Part shown: piece after piece, positions 11,501-23,311 of the stretch
How positions within the stretch are numbered: the stretch's first letter is position 1
How the letters are laid out: each line of letters opens with the position of its first letter
Assembly (NCBI GenBank): GCA_000708835.1
Contig: DF237345.1
Coordinates: 1 to 64,000 of the forward strand
Reading direction: 5' to 3'
From: Klebsormidium nitens
Taxonomy: Eukaryota > Plantae > Klebsormidiophyceae
Length of the DNA: 64,000 bases
Notes under the pieces: model-generated
The model's database searches: none
Told to the model about the DNA's origin: nothing
The model's input: the letters and a program-made list of their open reading frames with translations, nothing else
Translations under genes and position numbers: made by a program

Positions 11501-12116
11501 CGCCCGAGGCACATGCTGTTTGTTGCTGGGAGTTGAGAGGTACTGATCAAGCAAAAGATTGCGTTCGGTTTCATTATGGATTAGCCCCGTGAAGGGTATT
11601 AGAGGCCTGGCACTGGTGGCCCGGTTGGCTTTGGGATTTAGAGCGGGAACGGGTGCGGAGAGTGCGCACTGGAATCTGGGTTTGTGCTGTCACCCATTAC
11701 GGAGCTTACCCTTTTTGGCACTTACCATTCATGGAATTCAAAAGTCAGAATCCTCATTCGGGATGTTACTTACCTCGACGAAAAGGCGAATGAAGGCTGC
11801 TCTTTGCCTGTCCCTATAAGGACTCCGGGCGAGAATCTCCTGGGGTCGCGCACTTTCTGGATCGAATAATCGTCACCACCAGTGCAACTCCCACATGGTC
11901 GAACAAACATATGTGAGCAACCCTTCAACCAGTCCTCTGTCAAGAGCTTAACATCGCTTCGCTTTTCCGCTTCAGGTCACGGAGCTCGCCATCATCGGCG
12001 GAACCGGAAAGTACCGCGGAGCGAACGGCTACGTCGTATCCGGCCTGGGCGTCGACATCAGCCCCGGCGCTGATGGCTCCATCCTGGCTTTCCCCAAAGA
12101 GTTCCGTCTGTTCTAG
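8524..12116 (+). CDS. Secreted protein, copy A: signal peptide, 6-Cys knottin-like module, Pro/Thr linker, dirigent/allene-oxide-cyclase-like barrel; exons 8524-8602, 9154-9338, 10219-10328, 11280-11457, 11976-12116
   Basis: MKVASFLGVAAIAILALASSARLANA|DCTPAAPNPCYNAPGNASICCPGACG...|LGTVYLAFDF...GDICVYK|GPILASDL...|VTELAIIGGTGKYRGANGYV. All junctions are in phase and the same exon structure is found in copy B. Confidence 0.85.
10007..10141 (+). repeat. Tandem duplicate of the intron end, acceptor and 5' half of exon 3 of copy A
   Basis: Period 136 bp: ...gtgcag|ctgggcacggtttacctcgcgttcgacttcagcaaaccc versus ...gagcag|ctggggacggtttacctcgcgttcgacttcagcaagccc. Confidence 0.85.
10391..10446 (+). 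repeat. Degenerate duplicate of the 3' end of exon 3 and its donor (GT mutated to TT)
   Basis: ttcggcaacgtctgcgtttacaattgag...tgatgtcagcat versus ttcggcgacatctgcgtttacaagtgag...tgacgtcagcat; period 88 bp. Confidence 0.75.
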
Positions 12117-13310
12117 TTTACGGGGACTTGGAATTTTGGACATTGCATTTTAAGCTGTTAAAGTCCCAAGGTTCTGAGCTGGCTCGATGAACCTGAACCA
12201 CTAACGAGCGTAAGAACCGGGCATGCTTCGCGCCAGAAGAAGTCTTCATTGTGGAACTGAACTTCGTCAGCCCTTACGGTTGGGTTTTTGTCGAGTTCGT
12301 CAGAGGTAGTTGCTAGTTTGGTTCAGCTACTTATGATATACATACAGTCTGCAGACTTGGTCGTTACACCAAGCTGCACATCTATGAGGATTGGATGCGG
12401 TCCACTGCGTTGGAACATGGCGTACTTATATACGTCGTATATTTGGACGCTGGCACTGAACAAAGTCGAGGTGTACATTGTAAATTACAATGAACTTTCA
12501 GTTCCAACGTACCAGACTCATGGTGCCGACTCGATCAAAAAAGATTTTCGTGCGGATATACATCCAGCCAGCGCGATAAAAACAAATGGACTTGGACGTG
12601 CTGCCTGGCCCGGATGATGAACTTTGCAAGAATCTGCAACTCGATAGTCAATTCGTCGGGACGGTCATTCAAGGGCTCGCGCACATCATGTCAGATCTCA
12701 GCATCATTGCTACAACCGGAGAGTCGGACACGATTACGAAGCAGATCGGAATGCCATCAAGATTTGTACTTTCGATAGCGCCCAGTTGCGCACGCCCTAT
12801 ACATTTGACGTACAACCGTAGTGCACGGTCCTTGAGGGGCTACCATGATACTACTAGGGATAGAGCTCGGTTCAACGTGTAATGGATGGTCGAAACGGAA
12901 AATTGTTGATCGACCAGCTAGCATGAATAAAATAGATACAGATTCAGGAGTCGCCCAGTGGGCACATCAGTTTGACATTGACGCTCTTGGCAACCTGTTT
13001 ATTAGTGGACCTAACGGAAGGAATAAACTTAGTGCTGAACATACTGCTATGGCACCGCAACTCTAAATGCTGAACTCAAAGGGCCCTCAAGTCTACTATG
13101 CACAGGGCCAAGTTTTGAAGCTACAAAGGTTAGCTTTCCCCTACATTAGCAAGCTAGCAACTACGTGTCAGGTTCGTACTCCGCCATTACGATATGGCAG
13201 TACTAGTAGCGAGGCTTAGTTTAGCGCGTTAGTACACATCCCCTTGACAAATGGTTAATTAGCAAGCTATTTCAACTCGCGACGAATCCAAGAAGGATCC
13301 AATATACAAG

Positions 13311-16300
13311 TTATGCAGACTTCAGGCTGTTGCTCGTGAGAGGCTCCGAGTCCCGGTAGATCTCCGGGGCCTTGGAGGGGGGCGCCTCAATGTCAGTCTC
13401 AACGCTTTCGTTGACCATGTACTCGGGAGTGTACGCGGCCGTGACTTCTGCGACGCTGGGCTCCTCCTTCACGTCCTGGTGGAGAGCGCGGAGCGGTGTG
13501 GGTGAGCAAGCGACATACCAAGCAAAGACACGTCATTCTAATGGTTTACATTATGTAGAAAGGACATGTAGAAAGAGGATCAAGCCTGCTGCGCAGATGC
13601 AGAGACGCTGGACTTCGTTCAAATGTCGGTTGAAGCTGGCGTGTATGCGTGCTTTAACGCCAACGCGGCAGACGTACTTGAATCCAGGAATCTGGACAGC
13701 AATCTCATTTGCCATGGCGGGAGTCGCAACTCGAAAGTCGTCAAAGTGCAAACAAGAACCTCCACGGTCAAAACGAGCAGACCAGAACAAAGTCCTGAAA
13801 ACTGGAGATCAGCAGACTTTTCGTAGACTCATAAATTCAAAGTCGGTAAATTCTGAGTCCACCGCACCAGGAGCGCGACCCCCGAAGGCCGTGGACGAGA
13901 AGCGCGCCTCTAAGCGCTTCTAATGTAGATACTGGAGGAACAGCAATCAAGAAACGCAGAGCGACTTGCACCAGTTTAGCACCCGACACAGACCCCAAAA
14001 CATCAACTCATGCTGAAACCCGAGCCCTCACCTGGAGCGCGACCTCGATGGCCGTGGACGAGAAGCGCGTCTCGAGGCTCTTCTTGGTGTAGAGGTGGAA
14101 GACGGCGGTCAGGATGGGCAGCGGGATGAGCACGGGCGTCGCCGTGAACTGCATGATCCCGAAGTAGCCCAGCAGCGTGATCTGCGACACGAAGAGCGAC
14201 GCCAGGAAGCGCTTGTGGATGTGCGGGTACATGCGCCCGCCGCTCTCGTAGTCGGGGACCATCACCTCCAGGGCCTGCAGGATCAGGGGAAGATCGGGTT
14301 AAACTTGAAGGGTTCAAGTTTAAAGTAGGGAGGGTTCAGGTAATGCAAGCCTATTAGAAGCTCTTACCAACATTACATGCCCGTAGTCGGGGACCATCAC
14401 CTCGAGCGCCTGCAGGGACAGGGGATATCAGGGTTTAACTTGAAGGGTTTAGGGCTTCATTTGGAGGGTTTAGGTGCTTATAAATCCAAACCTGGAAGAC
14501 ATCTGTACCGAGGTACGTGCGCCCGCCGCTCTCGTAGTCGGGGACCATCTCGTCGAGCGCCTGCAGGGTTAGGGGAATATCAGGGTTAGAATGAAGGGTT
14601 TAAGGCTGGAATCTGGAGGGGTTTAGGTGCTTAGGTTATCCAAACCTGAGAGACATTTGTACCGAGGTACATGTGGGCGCCGCTCTTGTAGTCCGGGACC
14701 ATCACCTCAAGTGCCTGCAGAGAACGGGGTTATGGGTTTTTAGGGCTTGAAGTCTTGAAGGTTTTCAGTAGTTTGGAGTCCCTAGGTTTGAGAGACACTT
14801 GTACCGAGGTACGTGCGCCCGCCGCTCTCGTAGTCAGGAACCATCACCTCGAGCGCCTGCAGGCTTAGGGGAATGTTTGAAGGGGTTCAGGCTGAAGGGG
14901 TTAAGGCTTAATCCTAGAGGGTTCAGGTATGCTCAGGTGAACTTAAACCGAAAGACACTATACCAAGGTACATGCGCGCGTCGCTCTCGTAGTCCGGGAC
15001 CATCACCTCAAGTGCCTGCGGGGAACGGGCTTATAAAATTTGCCTTTCCAACTTCGAAATTTCGAGAACCTAGGAGTTTGACGGATAGTGTGAGGTACAT
15101 GCGACCGTCACTCTTGGAGTGAAGGAACCATCACCTCGAGCACCTGCGGGGGTTTGGGGATATCGGGAATTTAATTTTGAAGGATTTAAGGCTGGAATTT
15201 GGAGGGTTTAGGTGCTTAGGTATCCAAACCTGAGAGACACCTGTACAAAGGTACATGCGCCCGCCGCTCTCGTAGTCGGAACTCATTACTTCCAGGGCCT
15301 GCAGCTTTAAGGGGGATGCTGTTGTTAAAACCCACGGGTTTAGAGCTTGATTGGGGATTAGGTACTTTAAAAACGCCTAAAGCGAGACACTCATGCCAAG
15401 GTACATTCGTCCGCCGCTCTCGTAATCAAGGAGCGTGGCCTCTGGGGAAGATCACGTAGGCATTCAGGACGTAGAATCGCGGGATTTGACGCACCTCAGT
15501 TGAGGATTTCAGCTGCCCAGCTTACAAGCTACCCATGGAACATACCCTCTATATCCTGCCAACAGCAGGGGCAGTGTCTGGGACTTGAGGTTTGCCGTAC
15601 ATACTCGAAATTTGTGAAGCACTTTCGCGCAAATGCTGAAGGGTTTTGTCCTCGGGACAAACGGCAGCCGCTCTTGCGGACTTTGAATAAGCAGGTTTGG
15701 CTTTCTGATTGAAGGTGGAAAAACGGAGGGGTTCTCGGATGCGATTATGAGGGACCCGGAAATTCAGCGTGTTTTGAGAAAGCAAAAGAGTCAGGATTGG
15801 AAAATGCGGGCAAACTTCCCAACAAACACAGGCGCCTTGAAAGGCAGTCCTGGCGAAAAGTGAACGCTACTGATCGAAGTGATTGCGAGGGCTAGTCCGA
15901 TCGGAAAGTCGAGATGCGCTTGAGTGTGCTTACCAAGTTCTTTTTGACCACGTAGCTCAGTCCGAAGTATAGCACACAGAAGGGGAGGATGATGGGCGCA
16001 ATAACAGCGTAGCACCTGCACAGCAAACTTAAAGAATCAACGAACAGTAAGGGGGACACAGGCACCCCATCTGTAAACTCGATCCTTATTCATCGAGAAA
16101 CAGGGAAAGGCGTTCGAGAAGGGGAAGAGGGGAGATAGAGAGAACGGGCAGAGCGGTCAAGAATGTAACAAATAAGAGCAACGCTCGTTCCTCACAAGAA
16201 AGAGATAAAAAAGGGACAGGAGCAAAGAGAGGGACAAAGGACTAGTACAGCATGAAGAGGGAGGACAATTCCGCCAATCAGCCTTTGTTCCCGTAGAATA

Positions 16301-19300
16301 TACAAGAGAACGACGCGACGGGGCAGAGACCGAGTTGACAGTACCCCGAGAAAAAAGAAAAGAAGAAAACGAGACGAAGAAAGCAAAAGCGTTCGCACCA
16401 CAAAGGAAGACTTTTCAGCTCGAGGATGACGGACGATGAGAAGGTCGTTTGGCACGATAAACCCGTGGCCGGAAATAAGCAGAAAGGAGACGCAACAGAA
16501 GAGTGGACATTTTGCCCTTCTCAAGCAAAGGGACCGGGAAAAAGGGGCATTCGGCTCACATTCCGAGAATGACCATGAGCAGATCGTTCGGCACGTTGGC
16601 CCCGTAGTTGAACTGGCCGGGCGCCCACGCGGCGAGCTTCTCCTCCTCGGTCTTGACCAGGAATTTGAGCTTGACCAGGTAGATCAATGCGCGCACGACC
16701 TGGGAGAGCGCGAGCCCGTTGCCGATGAACGTCTTGAGCGCGATGAAGGTGATGAAGAACGTCGCCTGCTGCGGGATGGACGACCCCAGCAGATCCACGA
16801 TGCCGGACGGGTTCTTGGTCATCTGCGGGGGAGGGTTAAGGGCAAGGGTTAGGGGTGAGGCTCAGAGGATTGAAAGATTCCTCCCTAGATCAACTAGGCG
16901 GAAGTCTTACCCAGTTCTCAGGCATGCTGGTTCTGGTGGGCGAGCCGCATGGAAACACCACCTTTGTGAGCGGGTGTTTCTGACCGTTGGGCAGACCTCT
17001 GGAGACCTTAACACGCCCTTCACCGTTCTGCGAAAGAATCCACTTCGAACCTTGTACGTGGGCCCGTTAGCAGGGCACTTCCGTCAAACCAGAGGTGCAA
17101 AGGGCTTGTCTGCATGACGAGAGCGTTGAGCACACCGAGCCAACAGGTCGCGAATTCAAGCCCTCCTGCCTATTCAAGTTGCGAACACATAGCTATGAAA
17201 GCTACGGCTTCATGGCGGCACTAGTTTCGGACATACGCAGAGCACGCGACCGGAGCAAGGACGCACCTGCTTCAGCTGGCCGAGTGCAGAGCCGGCGACG
17301 GTGACTCCGAGGAAGACGTTGAAGACCATGAAGTAGTAGTACTGCAAGAAAAATAAATTGTGTCAATACAGTGGCGAGCTATTTTTGTGAAGAGCAGGGT
17401 CCAGAGATCGCTGCGCAACCGCATTGCAAACTTGAGTAAGCTCTCCTTTGCGACGTAGTCTCCCTGAATGGACTTGCCACAAGGAAAACAAGAAAGATTT
17501 AGATGGTAAAAAGTCCGAGTCGGATGCCTGAGCTATGCAGAGCGTTGCATCTGCGCCATCAACATGAACCCGGCTCGGCGGCCCCTTGATCCTGAACGAG
17601 CCTCGTGCGCTGACGAACGGAGGGCTGCCACGTGGCAGCTGTGGTTCCCACCTTGCCGGCGGTGCCGCGGTTGGCGTGCGCAATGGAGGCGATGCCCTCC
17701 TTTACGGTGAGGAAGAGGAGTAGCTTGGGTAGGATGGCCAGGAAGATGATGAGGGCCAGCTGGGGGAGGAACGCCTGCAGGATCGCGCTTATCGCGGAAC
17801 TGCGGAGATGAGCAAGAGTGGGTGTCAGTTACGAGAAGGCAGGCAAACTGAGCTTCGTTTTGATTGTGAGAGGAACGCCTGCAGAATGGAGCTCACGGAC
17901 CGAGCTAGGAAAGCGGGTAGGAAGAGGCAGATACAGGAGGAAGAGGGTCTAAAGGATCAAGAGCTGTTGACATTTCATCTCTTAAGGACAGCGTCGTTGA
18001 GTTGGAACAAACAGGGAATGAGATCAGGACGATGTAAGGAGGGAAAAAGGTCGGTAAACATTGGCTGGAACGATGTGCGGCCGCGTCTGTGACCACCCCT
18101 TCTACTAATGAAGCTCAACAAGAGACAAAGTCAATCACATAGGATCAGGGACTATTACAAGCGGGGGAAGATGTCCGATAAGCAGCAGGGGTTTGCGGGA
18201 CAAGCTGAAGTACAGAGAGCATCGACGAATGAAAGGGCCAACTGAAGCTCGTACACTGATTGAACCGAAGAACGACGCCCTCGAACATAGTCGGAACGGC
18301 TTCAGTGTGAGCCAACAGTCACGCTGCACTCACATGTTGAAGACCGACTTGAGGAAGGGCGCAAACTTCTTGAGGTTGTCGAGCGTGCTGAAGCCGGAGA
18401 CGATGGTGATGGGGATCATGAAGAAGAAGACGATGAGGAACGTGATGCCGTAGACCGCGCTCTGCCGCACGAACTTCTCCCACCACGGGATGCCCAGGTT
18501 GGCCCAGATGACGTCACGCGGCTCCGGCGCGACCTGCGTCTGCCACGTCTCGGCCTTCTTCGCATGGACAGACTGTGGGGAAAAGAGGGGAAGACCAGGT
18601 CAGTTCACAGAGTTATTTGTTTAGAAGAAGACAGCAGAGAGGGTTTGGGTGGGGGCGGCTGTGTGGGTCCGCCCGAGGTCGAGTATCTTGGCCTGGACAG
18701 AATGCTGACGAGAGGTGAATTTAGTATCCAAGGGCGGCTTAATGCTTTGCAGATTGGAAGAACGTGCAAGCTGTCGGGCTTTCACGAGACGACGGGGTGG
18801 TCGGGTAGAGCGAGATGGAAGTCAAAAGAGAATCTGCTTGGAGGTAGCCACGAATCGACAATAGGTGCTGCAGGTACCCATGTTGCAACTTTGTCATGGA
18901 ACTTCTCCGTAAGATTGTCTAAACACAGAAGTAGGTTGTCAGAATCGCAACCAAAGACTCCATCCTTACCTGAGCGGCCATAGTCGCAACGGCCCTGGAA
19001 TTGAAGTAGACCATTGCGGAGTTGATCGTCCTGTCGTTCGTAGTGGCGGCCTGCTCGTCAGCCAGCTTGGCCCCCAGCGCAGCAAGCTGGTCGCGGCACC
19101 AGTCAATGGTGTCCACCTGAAAAACGAGAAATTACTCTTGTTCCAAATCTGGTTGCAAGGCCTGAGCTTTAGGAGGGTTTGGCGTCTCGACAGCGGTTTG
19201 CAAGTGCACGTAACCTGGCGGCCTGGCTGAAGGCCCCACTCGGCGACCATGGAGTGCATATGCGGCTTACTTGCTGCTGCAACTCCTCACCTGACTTCGC

Positions 19301-21676
19301 ACCACCATTCTGTCTTGTAACGCTGATAAGCGGATCATTGACACCTTCAAGGACGCCGCGACAATGATATACATTGGTTAAGACAACAGGCCCTTGCTGA
19401 AGTAAAAATTCGGAGGCCCTTGTTTCCTGCTCGACTGGGATTTGAGGTTTACCTTGTTGCCAACCAGCCCCAGGAACCCCACTTTGTGCTGGGGCCTTTT
19501 GGCCTTCTCAACGTCCTTTCTCTGCGCCTCAGCGTAGACCGCCTCAGCGTGGGCCAGCTTCTTGCGAATCTTCTCCTTCTCCTGGTACACCTTCTCCACC
19601 TGCCACGCACGAGGCACGGTCAGGGATGAAATGGTGAATCACTTTCTCTACGAACTGCCGCAGACTTCCCCGGTGGCTCTACAAGTTGCTTGGTTTCAAT
19701 CATCAGAGAATCCTGGTTTTCCCTAACGGCCTTTTGCGTTGCTTAGCTCCAGGTCGCAAGGGGTCACATTCCTGTACACAAGTCGTTCGCCTTTAAAACC
19801 GGTTTCAAGTGATTCTTTAGTAAGCAGACCAAAGCATCAACTGGGATTGACATCAGCAATGGTCACACCATGTTCATAACCGGATCGCTCTGAGGAGCTT
19901 CACCGCTCTGAGGAAGCTTCTTGACACCCTTGGCAGATTCAGATTGAAGTCACTGACCTTGGCGTATTTTGAGATCACTGTTGCAGACTCGAATGTCCCT
20001 GGGTGCAGCCTCCGGAAGAAGCTGTCGACTTGCGAGTGGCGCGTCTTGGCGTCCGCTTCGGGGATGTCGGTGACGAGGACGGCGTATTGACGGGGCGCCG
20101 CTCTAGTTACACCACCCAGGAACAGGGCTCGCAGGTCTGACATCTTCTTGTAGTTGGTCCACAGGAAGTAGTAGGCGGTAATTGCGACAAAGTAGCAGGC
20201 AAACGCATGGCACCATAGTCTGGCAGACTTCTGCACGTGCAGAGAATTATGTGTGTGAGAATATGGAAAAAGCATGGAAAACCATTCAAATGAGATTGAG
20301 AGAATCGAAGAATGTTGAGGAGTATGAGCGGGATTGGTATTGCAGATGTACGACTTGCATTTTAGCTTCCTATGCCTGGAATCCTACGGCACTGTAATCT
20401 GGTCATGATTGAAAGAGTCAACAGATTTGGCAAGTCTTCTGTGACTACATCTAAGAAGCATTAGTCAACAGCGAATGGGGGAAAGCCGACAAGCTAAACA
20501 ATTTGAAGGTTCAACCGGCGACCGGTGGCAACCAGCTTTTACGAGTTTGTGAAGATCCTCGTGGGAAAAACACAAGGCTTGTCCAATGAAGGGTAGGAAA
20601 ACGAGCAGTTGCGACACATGGTTGGATCACACCGTCACAGGCATTCCATCGAAACAGGATTTGATTGTTGAGACCTTTGGCTGCTGCACCATAGCAAGCA
20701 AACAATACTGATAGCTTCGCCTTCATGAAACAAACTAGGAAGAAACTTTTTGACTTAGAGAAGCAGGATGTTGTCACCTTTGAGATGTTTCCCATGCTCA
20801 TCTTGTCGAAACCAGTAAACTGAATCTGTTTGTTGGGATCTGCCACCACATCGGGAGTGGAGTTGAAGTCTTCATAGTAGCCGCCAGTCACGTTTACTGG
20901 GAGCTCAATGATGATGCAGTACAGCATTGACACTCCGAAAATCTGGATCGCTGCACGGGGATGGTCAGCTCACGAGTCAGGCAGGAAGCGCTGTGGTGGC
21001 TACAATCAGGAACGACCAGAGTAAATTTTTTTTGATACAACCCTGAACAGCAAAGTGGATTCCAGGGGCAAAATTATGATCATAGTTTTTCTAGAAACTT
21101 GGGAGGTGGTGCTATTCCGGATGCTAACAATTCTCAATGGGGACCTGTAAGAGAAGGTGTGATCAATCGTTCACCACAGGAAGTGCATCTCTTGTCCGAA
21201 GAAGCTCGTTAGCTCCTACAATCCAATCTACCAATCTGACACGTCTGATTGCACTCCATTGCACCTGCTTAATGCATTCTGCTTCAGGCGCAACTATTGC
21301 AAAACGTTCCCTACATTTTTTAGCAACCACCCCCCATTCATGAAGCACCTTTTAAACCCAGTCAAATACATACTCGATGTATGATCCGGTAGCCCAAGCA
21401 CTCACCCGTCTTGAACAGCGTGATGTAAACCAGCGCATCGAGTCCCGCTCTCTCTGCGAGCTCCGTATCGCTCGCCCTAATGGCATCCCTCAGCCATGTG
21501 AAAGGGCCCACAGACTTTGGATCAGGGGCCCCTGAACCCTGTAGTACTCTCTTGCTGTAGTAGATGACAGCGAGGCTGGCCCTCTTCACGAGCACCAGGA
21601 AGACCACAAAGAGCACAGCAAAGATCACGATGTTGGTAAACAGGGACGTGAGGAAAGCGCTAGTGCTTGTCGTCAT
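13311..21676 (-). CDS. CSC1: CSC1/OSCA (ERD4-like) mechanosensitive or hyperosmolality-gated cation channel, about 12 exons
   Basis: N-terminal TM MTTSTSAFLTSLFTNIVIF, then GLDALVYITLF, QYAVLVTDIP, APEPRDVIWANL, FFITFIAL, CYAVIAPIILPF and PDYESGGRMYPHIH. GT-AG exons can be traced from 21676 to the stop at 13311. Confidence 0.93.
13866..13950 (-). repeat. Ghost copy of the 3' end and donor of CSC1 exon 11
   Basis: gcgcgacccccgaaggccgtggacgagaagcgcgcctc versus exonic gcgcgacctcgatggccgtggacgagaagcgcgtctc (14029-14115). A GT donor is retained (ctg|gtgcgg on the minus strand). Confidence 0.75.
14370..15445 (-). repeat. Tandem array of about 8 degenerate units (~130-160 bp), each made of intron end, AG acceptor and first ~50 nt of CSC1 exon 11
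   Basis: Plus-strand motif gtacatgcgcccgccgctctcgtagtcggggaccatcacctc...gcctgc recurs, with acceptor positions near 14410, 14561, 14715, 14857, 15016, 15144, 15299 and a partial copy at ~15440. The real acceptor is at 14275. Confidence 0.9.
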
Positions 21677-22075
21677 TGTTGCAGGGTCTTTTCAGGCGCT
21701 GATGGACAGGATTGCGGCTTGCCGTTTTACCAAGTTACAACATTGAGGCACAAATGGAACGACAGCCACTGGATTAGCAATGTACTTCCAGTTTCATTGC
21801 TGTGTTTATGTTCCATCGGCAGAGCAGGGCGGGGACACAAACAGAACCGCGTCACCAAAATGTGGCACCTTTCTTCTCCAATGCACTCTTTCTGAGGTCC
21901 AAGCTGAAATTTTTTTCTCTGCATGCAGCAGGTTGCCGCCCTTCGCTGTTCAAGCTATCAAACAACCCAGAACTTTGCAGCCATTTGACCGCTGACCAGA
22001 CCACAAAAATGCTCAAGGATTCTCTGATCAGAGGAGAGAGCGTCACAGGTGACAGGAGCGGTCCAGCTGGAGACC

Positions 22076-22103
22076 GAGTCTGGAGTCTGGAGTCTGGAGT
22101 CTG
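22076..22103 (+). repeat. Heptamer microsatellite (GAGTCTG)x4 upstream of CSC1
   Basis: Read directly from the sequence. Confidence 0.8.
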
Positions 22104-23311
22104 GACTTGCAACTCGACATTGCCACCCTGGCAAAATCTGACCAGTCACGGGACCCCAAAATCACGGCATTATTGGGTCTCACAGTTACCAGTTTATTCG
22201 AAGGGATTTTGACACAGGCTCAGCCTGGAGGCTGGTCTGGGGCACTCCCAAGGAGCAGATGGTAATATTGGGAAAGCTGTCAAAATCTGGGACGATCCGT
22301 CCGCTTATGAATTACAGACGCCCGTTGATATTGTACCAAATCGAACCAGATCTCCAAAGTTTTACCGCCAGCTGGGATGGTAAATCTGCGTATCCCAGAT
22401 AGATCCTCATAACCATGTCAACCCTCCGATTGCTACCGGTCCAGTCATCGAACGGCTGTCATAGGCTCCAGATTTTCTGGACAGGTCTCGGTCGGAACTC
22501 CCTCATGACTTTCAATCAGACCGCGTTATGGGTTGTACCGTAAACCGGTAGCTGGCGCTCGGCAATATCTTGCGTCATATCAAATTTGAATTGCATCATG
22601 ATTCGTGTCACATGATCGGATATTTCGTCAGCACTACGATGTTCTCCACCGTCAGATACATCGGACACGTGCCATGAACGGTTTGATTTGCAAAGAGTTT
22701 CACCACTCCCGCAACTGACCATCTGTTCAATAACGGTAATCGGACGTTCCGAAACAGCCGGGCATGGCATTGGTAAGACTAAACATAGCCGGGTAGGTAG
22801 ACTCTGAGACGGTAGTCTTCCACGGCTCGAATCCGCTGTCCTAAGAGTCGATGCAAGTTTTCAAGACGTGCATGCCAGATGAGCGAGAGTCGAGAGTCGA
22901 TAGATGGGAACGGCTACGAACTTCGGATAGCGAATAGCTGGTTGCAACGGTTCAAGAGGAAGTATTGACATCACAATAAACATGAGAACATGAAGCTTGA
23001 TCGAAGCTAAATGTTGTGTGCTACATCGCAAACCATGAGCTGCATCAGATTCTCCAAGAGCCAAGATTGTGCGAACTTGCTAGCTCAGAAAGTAGTCCAA
23101 GGTAGCGTTCGCTCATGCTACAAACGGCAACATCCCCGTTATAGCCAATCATTAACAAGTTACCGCCTCAAACACAACATTCTTTCTTCTCGAAACTCCC
23201 TGTACAGACTTGACTATGCACACCGACTATCGTTACGCTCCATTCAAAACACCCATGCTCGTTCATCTACAGATACCTGCTACTAGCCTTCTAAACCCTC
23301 CTCAGAGCTAC

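Noticed and set aside
12360-13070. Protein-like short ORFs between dirigent-like A and CSC1
   Set aside because: Fragmented in all frames, with no recognisable motif; cannot be supported without a search.
14440-14640. Telomere-like TTTAGGG/TTAGGG words in introns (also ~16845 and ~48690)
   Set aside because: Scattered, never in tandem arrays. In the minus-strand CSC1 introns they read CCCTAA(A/C)CC near acceptors, which branch-point/pyrimidine-tract composition explains.
14370-15445. Possible CRISPR-like repeat-spacer array
   Set aside because: The repeats are copies of a host exon start, the 'spacers' are themselves homologous, the context is eukaryotic and there are no cas genes.
16192-16524. 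Hydrophobic minus-strand ORF resembling a membrane protein
   Set aside because: Lies in a CT-rich CSC1 intron; the hydrophobicity is a composition artefact.
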